DNA of 64,000 bases from Vulcanimicrobiota bacterium (GTDB taxonomy: Bacteria; Vulcanimicrobiota; Vulcanimicrobiia; Vulcanimicrobiales; Vulcanimicrobiaceae), in the NCBI GenBank assembly GCA_963792005.1, contig CAWBUG010000002.1, positions 471,179-535,178 of the forward strand. The letters are read 5' to 3'. The position numbers were made by a program, and so were the translations under genes. Under the pieces are notes generated by a model that was not told the DNA's origin, made no database searches, and saw nothing but the letters and a program-made list of their open reading frames with translations. This document shows positions 9,009 through 17,091 of the stretch, piece by piece. The number at the start of each line of letters is the position of its first letter. Within the stretch, counting starts at the first letter, position 1.

Positions 9009-11429
9009 ATGATCTCCAAGTCGGTGCCGGCGCGCTGCCACACGCGCAGCTTCGCAACCGGCATCGACTACATCACGGAGCATGCTCATGAGCGCGCATG
9101 TAGACAGGCTGGACGTTCCTTCGGCGACGGTATCGGATACGCCAGTGCATTGAAGAAGGCGGCCTGGGTGCAGCTGCGCGGCGTCACTTCGGTCGAGACG
9201 GCTGCGATCGAGATGGAGGCGGTGGCAGTACTCTCGCGGCGCTGCAAGGATCCCGTCTATCATCTCATCGTTGCGTATGCTAATGGCGAGCATCCGACAC
9301 GCGAGCAGGTCGTGAGCGACGCGGAACGGCTGCTGAGATCGATCGGCATGGAGCGTAGCCAGTACGTGTTGGCGGCGCATCAAGACACCGATAACTACCA
9401 CGCCCACGTGATCGCCAATCGCATCGGTCCGGACGGTAAGGCGAACGACTTGTGGCACGAGCGGATCAAACGCGAGCGCACCTGTGCGGAGATCGCAGCA
9501 GAGCGGGGTCGGGAGATCGTTGTCGGCCACCACAACCGCGACATCGTGCAGCGGGTGCGCCACCTGTATGCGCCGCCGCCAGACCCGGAGCGGCGCCTGA
9601 GCGACGGTGCGTATCGGCAGCTGCACGAGCGTAGTGAGCTGCCGTGGCACGAGAGTGCGCGTCCGTACGTCCTCGATGCGGTCGACCGCGCGAAGGACTG
9701 GAACGACCTGCATCAGCGCCTCGCTGCCCATGGCGTCGTCGCCAAGCTCGTTCGGCGCGGTAAGCGGATACGAGGTCTAGCATTCGCCGAGCGTTTCGAA
9801 CGCGGCGCGCCGGGTTGCGCGGCGTCGCGCATCGATGGGCGTTGCGCACTGCCGGCCCTCGAGCGGCGCTTCGGACCCTTCATGCCCTCGCATGCCCTCG
9901 CGAAGGAGACGATCTCAGCAACGCACTGGTCCCAGAAGGCGCGAGCGACGATCCTCAACGCGGTCGATAGCGCGCGCTCGTGGGATGAACTCACGCAGCA
10001 GCTCGCTCGCGACGGGATCTCCGTCAAGCTGATTGCGCGCGGAACGCGCGTGCAAGGACTGGCATTCGCACAGGGTCGCGATCCCTGGCGCACCGGCTGC
10101 GGTGCGTCGCGGATCCATCCGCATTGCAAGAAAGCGGCACTTGAGCAGCGCTTCGGACCGTGCCCGTTCACGCCGGAGCAAAGGCCGAAGCGCAGTCGCA
10201 GCAGTCTTCGAGATCGGGCCGAGCGCGACGCCTGCACCGATCCGCGTTGGGCTCTGCGCGACGCGCAACGCATCGTCGATCACGCCCGGATGCGCTCGGA
10301 GTACGCGCAGTATCGCGACCGGTTCTTCGGCGAACGCCATAAGGCAACCGCAACGCGTCGAGAGCTAGCATGGGAGCGCGAGAGTGTGCAGCGCCGGTGC
10401 GAGGCCAAGCGGCGGCGCGAAGCGCGCATGCTCTTGCGCGCAGTGGCGCGGCTGGCCGCGCGCGGCGCTATAGCTCGTCAATTCGCGTATTGGTCGATCG
10501 ATACGATCATGAATCGCCGGCGCGCACGCGAGTACGACGCAGGGCGAGTGCGCTGGGAGGCAACCAAGATCATGCTGGCGTCAGAACGCAAGCTCATTCG
10601 CGAGGAGACGCCGATGGGCTACCATTCGTACGTCGCGGAACGAGCTCGCGCCGGCGATCTTGGCGCGCAACGCGGGGTTGATGTGCTCGACGCTGAAGGA
10701 CGCAATCGGCCCGAACGTGCAGCGGAAGCAGCATCGCAGCCCGTAACGCTCGATCAGATGCGCCAGCGTCTTAACGTCATTCGCGCCGAAGAAGAGGCTC
10801 GCTGCAAGCGCGCTCGCGTCGAGCGAGCGCAGCTGACCCGCGTCGGCAAGCCGCCGACCGTCGAGCGAACGGTCGCGTCGGCGCAAAAAGAGATCGAAGC
10901 GCTCGTCAGCGAGGCAACGCAGTTCACGCCGGCCCAACGTGTGCAGCTCTCGAGGCTGACGAAGGAACAGCAATCCTGGAATCCGTTCGTGCGCCATATG
11001 GCCAAGAAGGCGACCGAGAAGCTGCATGCCGGGCAGCAGACCCGCTACGAAGCGGAGCTCGCGAAAGCTATGCGCGGCTTTGAAAGCGACGCTCAGCGCA
11101 TTCAGGAACGCATTCGAAGCGATGAGCGCATCTACCGCGAATACGTGGGTGCATCGCTTGGTCTCGAAGCCGAGATGCGCCAGGCGCGGACCGCCCTGCG
11201 TGACGAGATTCCAACGCTTGAGACGCGGCTCAAGGTCTTGGAGCGCGTCGGCGTTGCGCAGCTCGACTGCGATGGACCAGCCTGGAGCACTCGGCTCGAC
11301 CAGCTCGCCGCGGCAGTCGATCGCGGCTACCGGGCGGTACCGGATGTCATGCGGCGGGACGTCGAGTTCGCGATCCGCAAAGAGCAGCGCGCCCTTAGTC
11401 GTACGCGCTCGATCTCGATGGATCGATAA
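9009..11429 (+). CDS. MobA/VirD2-family relaxase
   Basis: 806 aa. N-terminal relaxase domain with HQDTDNYHAHVIANRI (HxDxxxxHxH). Long helical Arg/Glu-rich C-terminus. Internal tandem ~75-aa duplication. Confidence 0.85.
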   Translation: MISKSVPARCHTRSFATGIDYITEHAHERACRQAGRSFGDGIGYASALKKAAWVQLRGVTSVETAAIEMEAVAVLSRRCKDPVYHLIVAYANGEHPTREQVVSDAERLLRSIGMERSQYVLAAHQDTDNYHAHVIANRIGPDGKANDLWHERIKRERTCAEIAAERGREIVVGHHNRDIVQRVRHLYAPPPDPERRLSDGAYRQLHERSELPWHESARPYVLDAVDRAKDWNDLHQRLAAHGVVAKLVRRGKRIRGLAFAERFERGAPGCAASRIDGRCALPALERRFGPFMPSHALAKETISATHWSQKARATILNAVDSARSWDELTQQLARDGISVKLIARGTRVQGLAFAQGRDPWRTGCGASRIHPHCKKAALEQRFGPCPFTPEQRPKRSRSSLRDRAERDACTDPRWALRDAQRIVDHARMRSEYAQYRDRFFGERHKATATRRELAWERESVQRRCEAKRRREARMLLRAVARLAARGAIARQFAYWSIDTIMNRRRAREYDAGRVRWEATKIMLASERKLIREETPMGYHSYVAERARAGDLGAQRGVDVLDAEGRNRPERAAEAASQPVTLDQMRQRLNVIRAEEEARCKRARVERAQLTRVGKPPTVERTVASAQKEIEALVSEATQFTPAQRVQLSRLTKEQQSWNPFVRHMAKKATEKLHAGQQTRYEAELAKAMRGFESDAQRIQERIRSDERIYREYVGASLGLEAEMRQARTALRDEIPTLETRLKVLERVGVAQLDCDGPAWSTRLDQLAAAVDRGYRAVPDVMRRDVEFAIRKEQRALSRTRSISMDR

Positions 11430-11506
11430 TGTGCCTGGGCGGATACCACCTTATGGCTGGTTGCTCGCTTGTCACTGAACAAGGTCTGTGATATCATGGC
11501 ATCACG

Positions 11507-11728
11507 ATGTCAGGCCTAAAAACTCTTCCGGTCCGCCTCGATCCAGCGACCTACCTTCGACTGCGACGCCAGGCGCAGTCGGAACGCCGTTCGATGAACG
11601 AGCTCATGCTCGCGGCACTGCATGAGCATCTAGAAGCAAACCCCATCCCCCGTGAGCGTTTACGAGAACTCGCGCGTGAGATCGTTGCGGAAGATAAGGA
11701 ACTTCTCGAGGCCTTAGCGCGCGCCTAG
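11507..11728 (+). CDS. ribbon-helix-helix antitoxin (Phd-like role)
   Basis: 73 aa. LPVRLDPATYLRLRRQAQSERRSMNELMLAAL is an RHH pattern. The stop abuts the doc start. Confidence 0.7.
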   Translation: MSGLKTLPVRLDPATYLRLRRQAQSERRSMNELMLAALHEHLEANPIPRERLRELAREIVAEDKELLEALARA

Positions 11729-12115
11729 GTGCTCTTCCTCGACGTCGACGACGTGCTCGAGCTCTATGCCGAGCACGTCGGTTCGCGCCGGCAGCTGGTA
11801 CGGCCCGAGCTTCTTGAGTCCGCCGTTGCCTTGCCCCAGGCAACGATGTTCGGTGCCGAGCTCTACCCGCATATCTTTCAGAAGGCGGCGGCGCTACTGC
11901 GCTCGATCGCGCAGAACCAGCCGTTTCTCGACGGCAATAAGCGAATAGCGTGGATTGCGATGCGCACGTTTCTCGCGGCAAACGGTTTCGAAGTCCATGC
12001 CGAGGTTGATGAAGGTCTCCAGCTGATGATCGATCTGGCGGAGCGCAAGCTAGACGTCGACGACATCGCCGAGTTTTTGGCGACGCATGCCGCCGCAGGC
12101 GACAAGTTCACTTAG
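11729..12115 (+). CDS. doc: Doc (death-on-curing) / Fic-family toxin with variant motif
   Basis: 128 aa. Fic/Doc motif region reads QPFLDGNKR, with Gln where the canonical His sits. GTG start. Confidence 0.8.
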   Translation: MLFLDVDDVLELYAEHVGSRRQLVRPELLESAVALPQATMFGAELYPHIFQKAAALLRSIAQNQPFLDGNKRIAWIAMRTFLAANGFEVHAEVDEGLQLMIDLAERKLDVDDIAEFLATHAAAGDKFT

Positions 12116-12184
12116 GCTTCGTCTTCTTGACGTGCGCGGTGTATTGGACGACAATTAACGTCAATACTATAGAAGACTTTCGGC

Positions 12185-12198
12185 CGCATAATAATGCG
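12185..12198. promoter_or_regulatory. AT-rich 14-mer CGCATAATAATGCG upstream of xis-int
   Basis: Identical to 8930-8943. Lies ~27 nt upstream of the xis ATG and downstream of a TTGACG-17 nt-GACAAT promoter-like pair at ~12126-12154. Confidence 0.35.
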
Positions 12199-12224
12199 TA
12201 TCGAAATCAAAGGAGTCGCGTCAA

Positions 12225-12452
12225 ATGCCAGCGCAGCCAACCGAGCCCGGAAGAACCAGCGACCTCACTCGCGTTTTTAGAGACCTGCCCGACGTACTTA
12301 CCCCGCGCGATCTTATCGCGTTCCTACCGATTGGCCGAAGCTCGGTATATGAAGCGCTAAGGACGCATGCCATAAAGAGCATCAGGATCGGGCAGCGGCT
12401 ATTAATCACGAAGGCGGCGCTGCGAGAATTCCTCGGCGGTCACGTCGAATAG
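12225..12452 (+). CDS. xis: excisionase-family helix-turn-helix DNA-binding protein
   Basis: 75 aa. LTPRDLIAFLPIGRSSVYEALRTHAIKSIRIGQRLLITKAALREFL. AAGGAG RBS. Immediately upstream of int. Confidence 0.7.
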   Translation: MPAQPTEPGRTSDLTRVFRDLPDVLTPRDLIAFLPIGRSSVYEALRTHAIKSIRIGQRLLITKAALREFLGGHVE

Positions 12453-12469
12453 CCGAACGAGGTGCCAAT

Positions 12470-13726
12470 GTGAGCGTCTACAAGCGCAAGTCGGGTCGCT
12501 GGGCAGTTCTCGTCGAGGTCGAGCGCGGAATCGGTGGTAGACGCGCGCGTCGAGCTCTGGGCACCTTTACAACGCGCAAGGAGGCGGAGCGCGCCGAGCG
12601 GCAGGCGCTTGAGTCCCGCGACCGCGGAGTAAACGTAGCTCCGGAAGCTCTCACGGTGGGCGAACTGATGTCGCGATTCATCGAACATTGCCGAGCCAAT
12701 GATCGAACCGTTGCAACACTCGAGACATACGAAGAAAAGTCGAGACGCTACATCGTGCCAAACTTGGGCGCTATTGCGCTTTCAAAGCTGAGGCCGACTC
12801 ATATTTCGGAATGGGTCACGACGTTGCGCACCCGCGGAGGCGAGAAGTCAAAGCCTCTTTCGCCCAAAACCGTTCGCAATGTTTTTGGCCTGCTGCATGG
12901 CGCGATTGAGTGGGCGTTAGGGCTTGAACTCATTGGGCGCAATGTGTGCCACACAAATGCTGCCAAGCCTCCTCGACCTTCGCCTTCGCCGGCTAAGGCG
13001 CTATCTGATGAAGAAGTCGCGAGGCTGCTAACGGTCGCTAATGCGACCCGATGGGGCCCTTTTGTAACTCTCGCATTGGCGACGGGTGCGCGACGGGGCG
13101 AGCTTTGCGCCCTCTCGTGGAGTGACGTGGATTTGGAGAATCAGATCCTTACAATCGCAAAGAGCTTGTCGCAAACAAAGGATCGCATAGAGCTCAAAAG
13201 CACGAAAACCGGCGGCATTCGGCGTCTAGGTCTTTCGCAGATAGCCTTAGACGCATTGCGCCGGCAACGTGGAATGCAAGAGCAGGATAAACGGCTTGCG
13301 GGCGAACCGTATGTCGACGAGGGCGGCGTGTTCACGTCGCCACTCGGTTTGCGAGTCACGCCGATGTCAGCGACCAAGGCGTTCGTTCGACTTGCCAAAG
13401 CCGCCCGGATTTCGACGACGAGGTTGCACGACACGCGGCATACCGCGGCGACGCATCTTATCGTTGGTGGCACTGATGTCCGGACGACCGCATCCGTGTT
13501 GGGTCATACGACCCCGAACGTCACGCTCGCGATCTACGCGCACTTGGTTGCGGACGTGCAGCGCGCCGCCGTGGAACGCTTGGGCGCAAAGCTAGAGTCG
13601 ATCTCCGCCGAGGGCAACCGAATGGCAACCGTGACGCCGATCGCAACGAAAAACGCCCGTAGAAACGAGCGTTCTATGGTGGAGGCAAGGAGACTCGAAC
13701 TCCTGACCCTTACGCTGCCAGCGTAA
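12470..13726 (+). CDS. int: tyrosine-type site-specific integrase
   Basis: 418 aa. GARRGELCAL (Arg box) and HDTRHTAATHL...LGHTTPNVTLAIYAH (HxxR and catalytic Tyr region). The ORF reads through the att core into the tRNA. Confidence 0.85.
   Translation: MSVYKRKSGRWAVLVEVERGIGGRRARRALGTFTTRKEAERAERQALESRDRGVNVAPEALTVGELMSRFIEHCRANDRTVATLETYEEKSRRYIVPNLGAIALSKLRPTHISEWVTTLRTRGGEKSKPLSPKTVRNVFGLLHGAIEWALGLELIGRNVCHTNAAKPPRPSPSPAKALSDEEVARLLTVANATRWGPFVTLALATGARRGELCALSWSDVDLENQILTIAKSLSQTKDRIELKSTKTGGIRRLGLSQIALDALRRQRGMQEQDKRLAGEPYVDEGGVFTSPLGLRVTPMSATKAFVRLAKAARISTTRLHDTRHTAATHLIVGGTDVRTTASVLGHTTPNVTLAIYAHLVADVQRAAVERLGAKLESISAEGNRMATVTPIATKNARRNERSMVEARRLELLTLTLPA
13611..13631. promoter_or_regulatory. 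candidate integrase arm-type site (right arm, inside the int 3' end)
   Basis: Identical 21-mer to 6339-6359. Lies 45 nt from the att core. Confidence 0.45.
13677..13702. repeat. proximal att core (3' 26 nt of tRNA-Ala(GGC), including CCA)
   Basis: Identical to 6176-6201. Confidence 0.85.
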
Positions 13727-13752
13727 TGCTCTACCAGCTGAGCTATGCCCCC
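13677..13752 (-). tRNA. tRNA-Ala (anticodon GGC), CCA encoded
   Basis: Manual cloverleaf, 76 nt: acceptor GGGGGCA/TGCCTCC with G3:U70, anticodon loop CTGGCAG, T-loop TTCGAGT. Confidence 0.9.
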
Positions 13753-13880
13753 GCTATCCGGCCTCTGCCGCGACCCGGCCTATTCATTCCGCCGCCGTTC
13801 GGAATCCTTTGCTTCTCGAGGAAGGGGAGGCGCGAAGCCCAGAGGGCGAAGGGCCGTCGGCAAACAAGCTAAGGCGCCGC

Positions 13881-13953
13881 GGGGATGTAGCTCAGCTGGT
13901 AGAGCACCTGCTTTGCAAGCAGGGGGTCAGGGGTTCGACTCCCCTCATCTCCA
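13881..13953 (+). tRNA. tRNA-Ala (anticodon UGC)
   Basis: 73 nt: acceptor GGGGATG/CATCTCC with G3:U70, anticodon loop TTTGCAA, T-loop TTCGACT. CCA is not encoded. Confidence 0.9.
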
Positions 13954-13976
13954 CGAAAAACCTGGCAATCTACAAT

Positions 13977-14008
13977 GAAAGGCGCTCGCATTGCGAGCGC
14001 CTTTGTTG
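13977..14008. terminator. bidirectional intrinsic terminator
   Basis: 9-bp stem GGCGCTCGC/GCGAGCGCC with a 3-nt loop, GAAA before it and TTTGTTG after it. Lies between the tRNA-Ala(UGC) and the convergent lipoprotein gene. Confidence 0.6.
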
Positions 14009-14078
14009 TGCTAGTGCACGGGACTTCTCCCTTTAAACTAAACGTCTACGTCATACCCAATCCCGGGAAGACGAATCC

Positions 14079-15020
14079 CTACTTTGCCCGACTGACGACC
14101 GCTCCCAACGGTGCGTACAGCCCGCTGATTGTTTTGGTGGCCGAGCCTCCGGCCGGATAGTTCCAAATCCCGACATCGCCGCCGAGGGCGTCGGCGCCGA
14201 TGACTTTCGCGCCGTCGATCCAGTACTGAAACACTTCGATGGCGCCGCCGAGCATCGTCGATCCGGCCTTCGTCGCGTGCTTGCCGGAAACCGTGAACTG
14301 ATACACCGTGTTCGTCGTTTGGTCGCCGATCGTAACGTACGTGCCGTCCCAGGCGACACCGCCGGCGCTGCCGATACTCTGATTGACGGAAATGTTCGTC
14401 AGCTTTGTCGCTCCATGGCGAAGCTCGGCGAATGCAAAGGCGCTTCCCTGCGTTAGCCCGTCAACGAAGAGATTGCTCGCGCCGTCGTAGCTGCAGAGCA
14501 GCATATTCGGCATGGCGGAATCCATGTAGTGACCGGTCGGCTTTCCCTTGGCGTGTTTGTAAATCACGACGTTACCAGGTCCGCTGCTGCTCGTCGAGAA
14601 GTTAGTGACGGCGAGATTGCCGGTGGCCGGGTCGACCGCGCACCCGATCGGAAACCAGCCGTTATCCTTCAGCGTCGCGACCGGCGTGCTGCCGCCGTGA
14701 GCGTACTCGATGACATTGCTGCCGCCGGTGTTCGTGATAAAGACGTTGCCGTTATCGTCGACGCACTCACCGCCCGGCTCGGCGAAGGGGCCGCTCAGCG
14801 TCTGCAGCAGCTTGCCCTTCGAATAGGAGAAGACGTAGACTTCGCTCGACCCCGTGTCGGAGACATAAAGAAGCGCGCCGTGCGCCATAGGTTTTGCCGC
14901 CGAAATCTGCGGCGCTGCGGGAGGAAGCGTCGTCGGGGAGGTGAGGCCGCCGCAGCCCGCGACGAAGAGAGAGAGCGCGCATAGGCCGCACGCGGGAATC
15001 CAAGAATGCAATCGGTTCAT
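14079..15020 (-). CDS. beta-propeller (NHL/YncE-like) lipoprotein
   Basis: Lipobox VAGC in MNRLHSWIPACGLCALSLFVAGCGG. Repeated ...GN(V/L)(F/A)(I/V)TN... blades. Confidence 0.7.
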   Translation of the reverse strand: MNRLHSWIPACGLCALSLFVAGCGGLTSPTTLPPAAPQISAAKPMAHGALLYVSDTGSSEVYVFSYSKGKLLQTLSGPFAEPGGECVDDNGNVFITNTGGSNVIEYAHGGSTPVATLKDNGWFPIGCAVDPATGNLAVTNFSTSSSGPGNVVIYKHAKGKPTGHYMDSAMPNMLLCSYDGASNLFVDGLTQGSAFAFAELRHGATKLTNISVNQSIGSAGGVAWDGTYVTIGDQTTNTVYQFTVSGKHATKAGSTMLGGAIEVFQYWIDGAKVIGADALGGDVGIWNYPAGGSATKTISGLYAPLGAVVSRAK

Positions 15021-15057
15021 GGCGAATACTCCGTGCAAAGGCCGACGTTACCTTCCT

Positions 15058-15297
15058 ATGACAGTTATCGACGTTACCTGCCACCCGGGGTCGAAGCGGC
15101 CGGGAATCGTGGAAGCCGATGGCGCGTTGGTGGTTCGTGTGCGCGAACGTGCGATCGACGGCGCGGCGAACGAGGCCTGTGTTCGCGCGCTCGCGGCGGC
15201 TTATGGTGTTGCCCCAAGCGCCGTGCGTTTAGTGCGGGGCATTCGCAGCCGCCGCAAGCGCTTCGCAATCGACTTGCCGGTCGCGAAGGGTCGCTAA
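15058..15297 (+). CDS. DUF167 (YggU) family protein
   Basis: 79 aa. VRVRERAIDGAANEACVRALAAAYGV...RSRRKRFAI. A paralog lies at 41062-41304. Confidence 0.7.
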   Translation: MTVIDVTCHPGSKRPGIVEADGALVVRVRERAIDGAANEACVRALAAAYGVAPSAVRLVRGIRSRRKRFAIDLPVAKGR

Positions 15298-15335
15298 AGA
15301 ATGGCCGCGTACTCCCCGCCGGAGAGGCGGATGCA

Positions 15336-15686
15336 ATGATTAGCGGCATGCACGTGATCCTGTTCAGCAAGCACGCGGAAGAAGTGCGCAAGTTCCTCGG
15401 CGAGGTGCTCGAGTTGAGGTCGGTCGACGCGGTGGAAGGGTGGCCGATCTTCGCCGCGCCTCCGACCGAGATCGCCGTACACCGAACCGAAGATTCGCCC
15501 GAACATGAAGTCTATCTCATGTGCGACGACATCGAGGCGGTCGTCGCCAAACTTGCCGAGCGCGGCATCGAGACCGATGGACCGATTGCCGACCGAGGTT
15601 GGGGCTCGCTAACCGCATTGGTGCTGCCCGGCGGCGAACGCATCGCGCTCTATCAGCCGCGTCACCCCTCACCGCTGACGGCATGA
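15336..15686 (+). CDS. VOC / glyoxalase-bleomycin resistance family protein
   Basis: 116 aa. GGAGAGG RBS 8 nt upstream. [24 protein letters not shown] is typical of the VOC fold. Confidence 0.7.
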   Translation: MISGMHVILFSKHAEEVRKFLGEVLELRSVDAVEGWPIFAAPPTEIAVHRTEDSPEHEVYLMCDDIEAVVAKLAERGIETDGPIADRGWGSLTALVLPGGERIALYQPRHPSPLTA

Positions 15687-16798
15687 GTTCCGTCCGCGTC
15701 TTGGTCGGAACGCGCAAAGGCGCGTTCGTTCTGGAAGCGGACGGTAAACGAGCGTCGTGGACCGTCTCGGGTCCGCACTTTGCGGGTTGGGAAGTTTACC
15801 ACCTGAAGGCCTCCCCCGCCGATCCGCCTCGGATTTACGCATCGCAGACGTCGAGCTGGTTCGGCCAGGTCGTTCAACGATCGGACGACGGCGGCAAAAC
15901 CTGGGCGCCGGTTGGAAACCGTTTCGTCTATGACGGAACGCCCGGTACGCATTTGTGGTACGACGGCACGCCGCATCCGTGGGAGTTCGCGCGCGTTTGG
16001 CATTTCGAGCCATCCTCGGACGATCCCGACCTCGTTTACGCCGGAGCCGAAGATGCGGCGCTCTTTCGATCGAGCGACGGCGGCCAAAACTGGGAAGAGC
16101 TCGCGGCGCTTCGCACGCACCCCTCGGCGTCGTCGTGGCAGCCGGGTGCCGGCGGCATGTGCCTGCACACGATCGTCCTCGATTCGCGCGATCCGAAGAG
16201 AATCTTCGTCGCGATCTCCGCGGCCGGCGCCTTTCGCAGCGACGACGCGGGCGCGAGCTGGCGACCGATCAATCGCGGCCTGAAATCGACCGGCATTCCC
16301 GAGCAGGAAGCGGAGGTCGGGCATTGCGTGCATCGCATTGCGATGCATCCGGCCAAGCCAAACGTACTCTTCATGCAGAAACACTGGGACGTCATGCGCA
16401 GCGACGATGGCGGCGAGTTATGGCGCGAGGTAAGCGGAAACTTGCCGACCGACTTCGGCTTTGCCATCGACGTTCACGCGCACGAGCCCGAAACGATTTA
16501 CGTCGTACCGATCAAGAGCGATTCGGAGCACTTCCCGATCGACGGGCAGCTTCGCGTCTATCGAAGCCGCACCGGCGGCGATGAATGGGAGGCGCTGACG
16601 AACGGCTTGCCGCAGCGCAACTGCTACGTGAACGTCTTGCGCGATGCGATGGCCGTCGATTCGCTCGATTCGTGCGGAATCTATTTCGGCACGACCGGGG
16701 GTCAGGTCTACGTCTCTCCGGATTCGGGTGACACGTGGCAGGCGATCGTTCACGATCTGCCCGCCGTGCTCTCGGTCGAAGTGCAGACGTTTGCATGA
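15683..16798 (+). CDS. BNR/Asp-box repeat beta-propeller (sialidase-like) protein, no signal peptide
   Basis: 371 aa. Asp-box-like [44 protein letters not shown] overlap with the upstream gene. Confidence 0.8.
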   Translation: MSSVRVLVGTRKGAFVLEADGKRASWTVSGPHFAGWEVYHLKASPADPPRIYASQTSSWFGQVVQRSDDGGKTWAPVGNRFVYDGTPGTHLWYDGTPHPWEFARVWHFEPSSDDPDLVYAGAEDAALFRSSDGGQNWEELAALRTHPSASSWQPGAGGMCLHTIVLDSRDPKRIFVAISAAGAFRSDDAGASWRPINRGLKSTGIPEQEAEVGHCVHRIAMHPAKPNVLFMQKHWDVMRSDDGGELWREVSGNLPTDFGFAIDVHAHEPETIYVVPIKSDSEHFPIDGQLRVYRSRTGGDEWEALTNGLPQRNCYVNVLRDAMAVDSLDSCGIYFGTTGGQVYVSPDSGDTWQAIVHDLPAVLSVEVQTFA

Positions 16799-17091
16799 TT
16801 CGCGTCATCCTTCCCGCGCACTTATGCACGCTGGCGCGCGTCGACGGCGAAGTTCGACTCGAGGTTGACGGCGAGCCGACGCAGCGGTCGTTGCTCGACG
16901 CGCTTGAATCGCACTATCCCGCATTGAAAGGTACGGTTCGCGATCACGTGACGAAGCAGCGGCGGGCCTACGTGCGCTTCTTCGCCTGCGAGCGGGATCT
17001 ATCGCACGAGCGTCCGGACGCGCCGCTGCCTCACGCCGTCGCTGCCGGTGAAGAGCCGTTCCTCGTCGTAGGGGCGATGGCCGGCGGATGA
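16795..17091 (+). CDS. MoaD/ThiS-like beta-grasp protein with C-terminal Gly-Gly
   Basis: 98 aa ending ...LVVGAMAGG-stop. ATGA overlaps on both sides. Confidence 0.7.
   Translation: MIRVILPAHLCTLARVDGEVRLEVDGEPTQRSLLDALESHYPALKGTVRDHVTKQRRAYVRFFACERDLSHERPDAPLPHAVAAGEEPFLVVGAMAGG

Larger units (their letters stand above)
6176..13702. mobile_element. integrative mobilizable element (IME) in tRNA-Ala(GGC)
   Basis: Bounded by exact 26-nt direct repeats (6176-6201 and 13677-13702). Contains int, xis, relaxase and a TA pair. No T4SS genes. Confidence 0.75.

Noticed and set aside
8580-9731. Long antisense ORFs, for example 8580-9731(-), 17031-18086(-), 18090-19157(-), 15662-16384(-), 43491-44342(-), 45329-46174(-), 54002-54880(-), 57564-59117(+) and 61763-62641(-)
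   Set aside because: They lie opposite genes with clear family motifs. They are Arg/Ala/Pro-rich with no recognisable domains, which is typical of shadow ORFs in GC-rich DNA lacking stop codons.
13745-14036. ORFs 13745-13978 and 13809-14036
   Set aside because: They are translations across tRNA-Ala(UGC) and its terminator, not protein genes.
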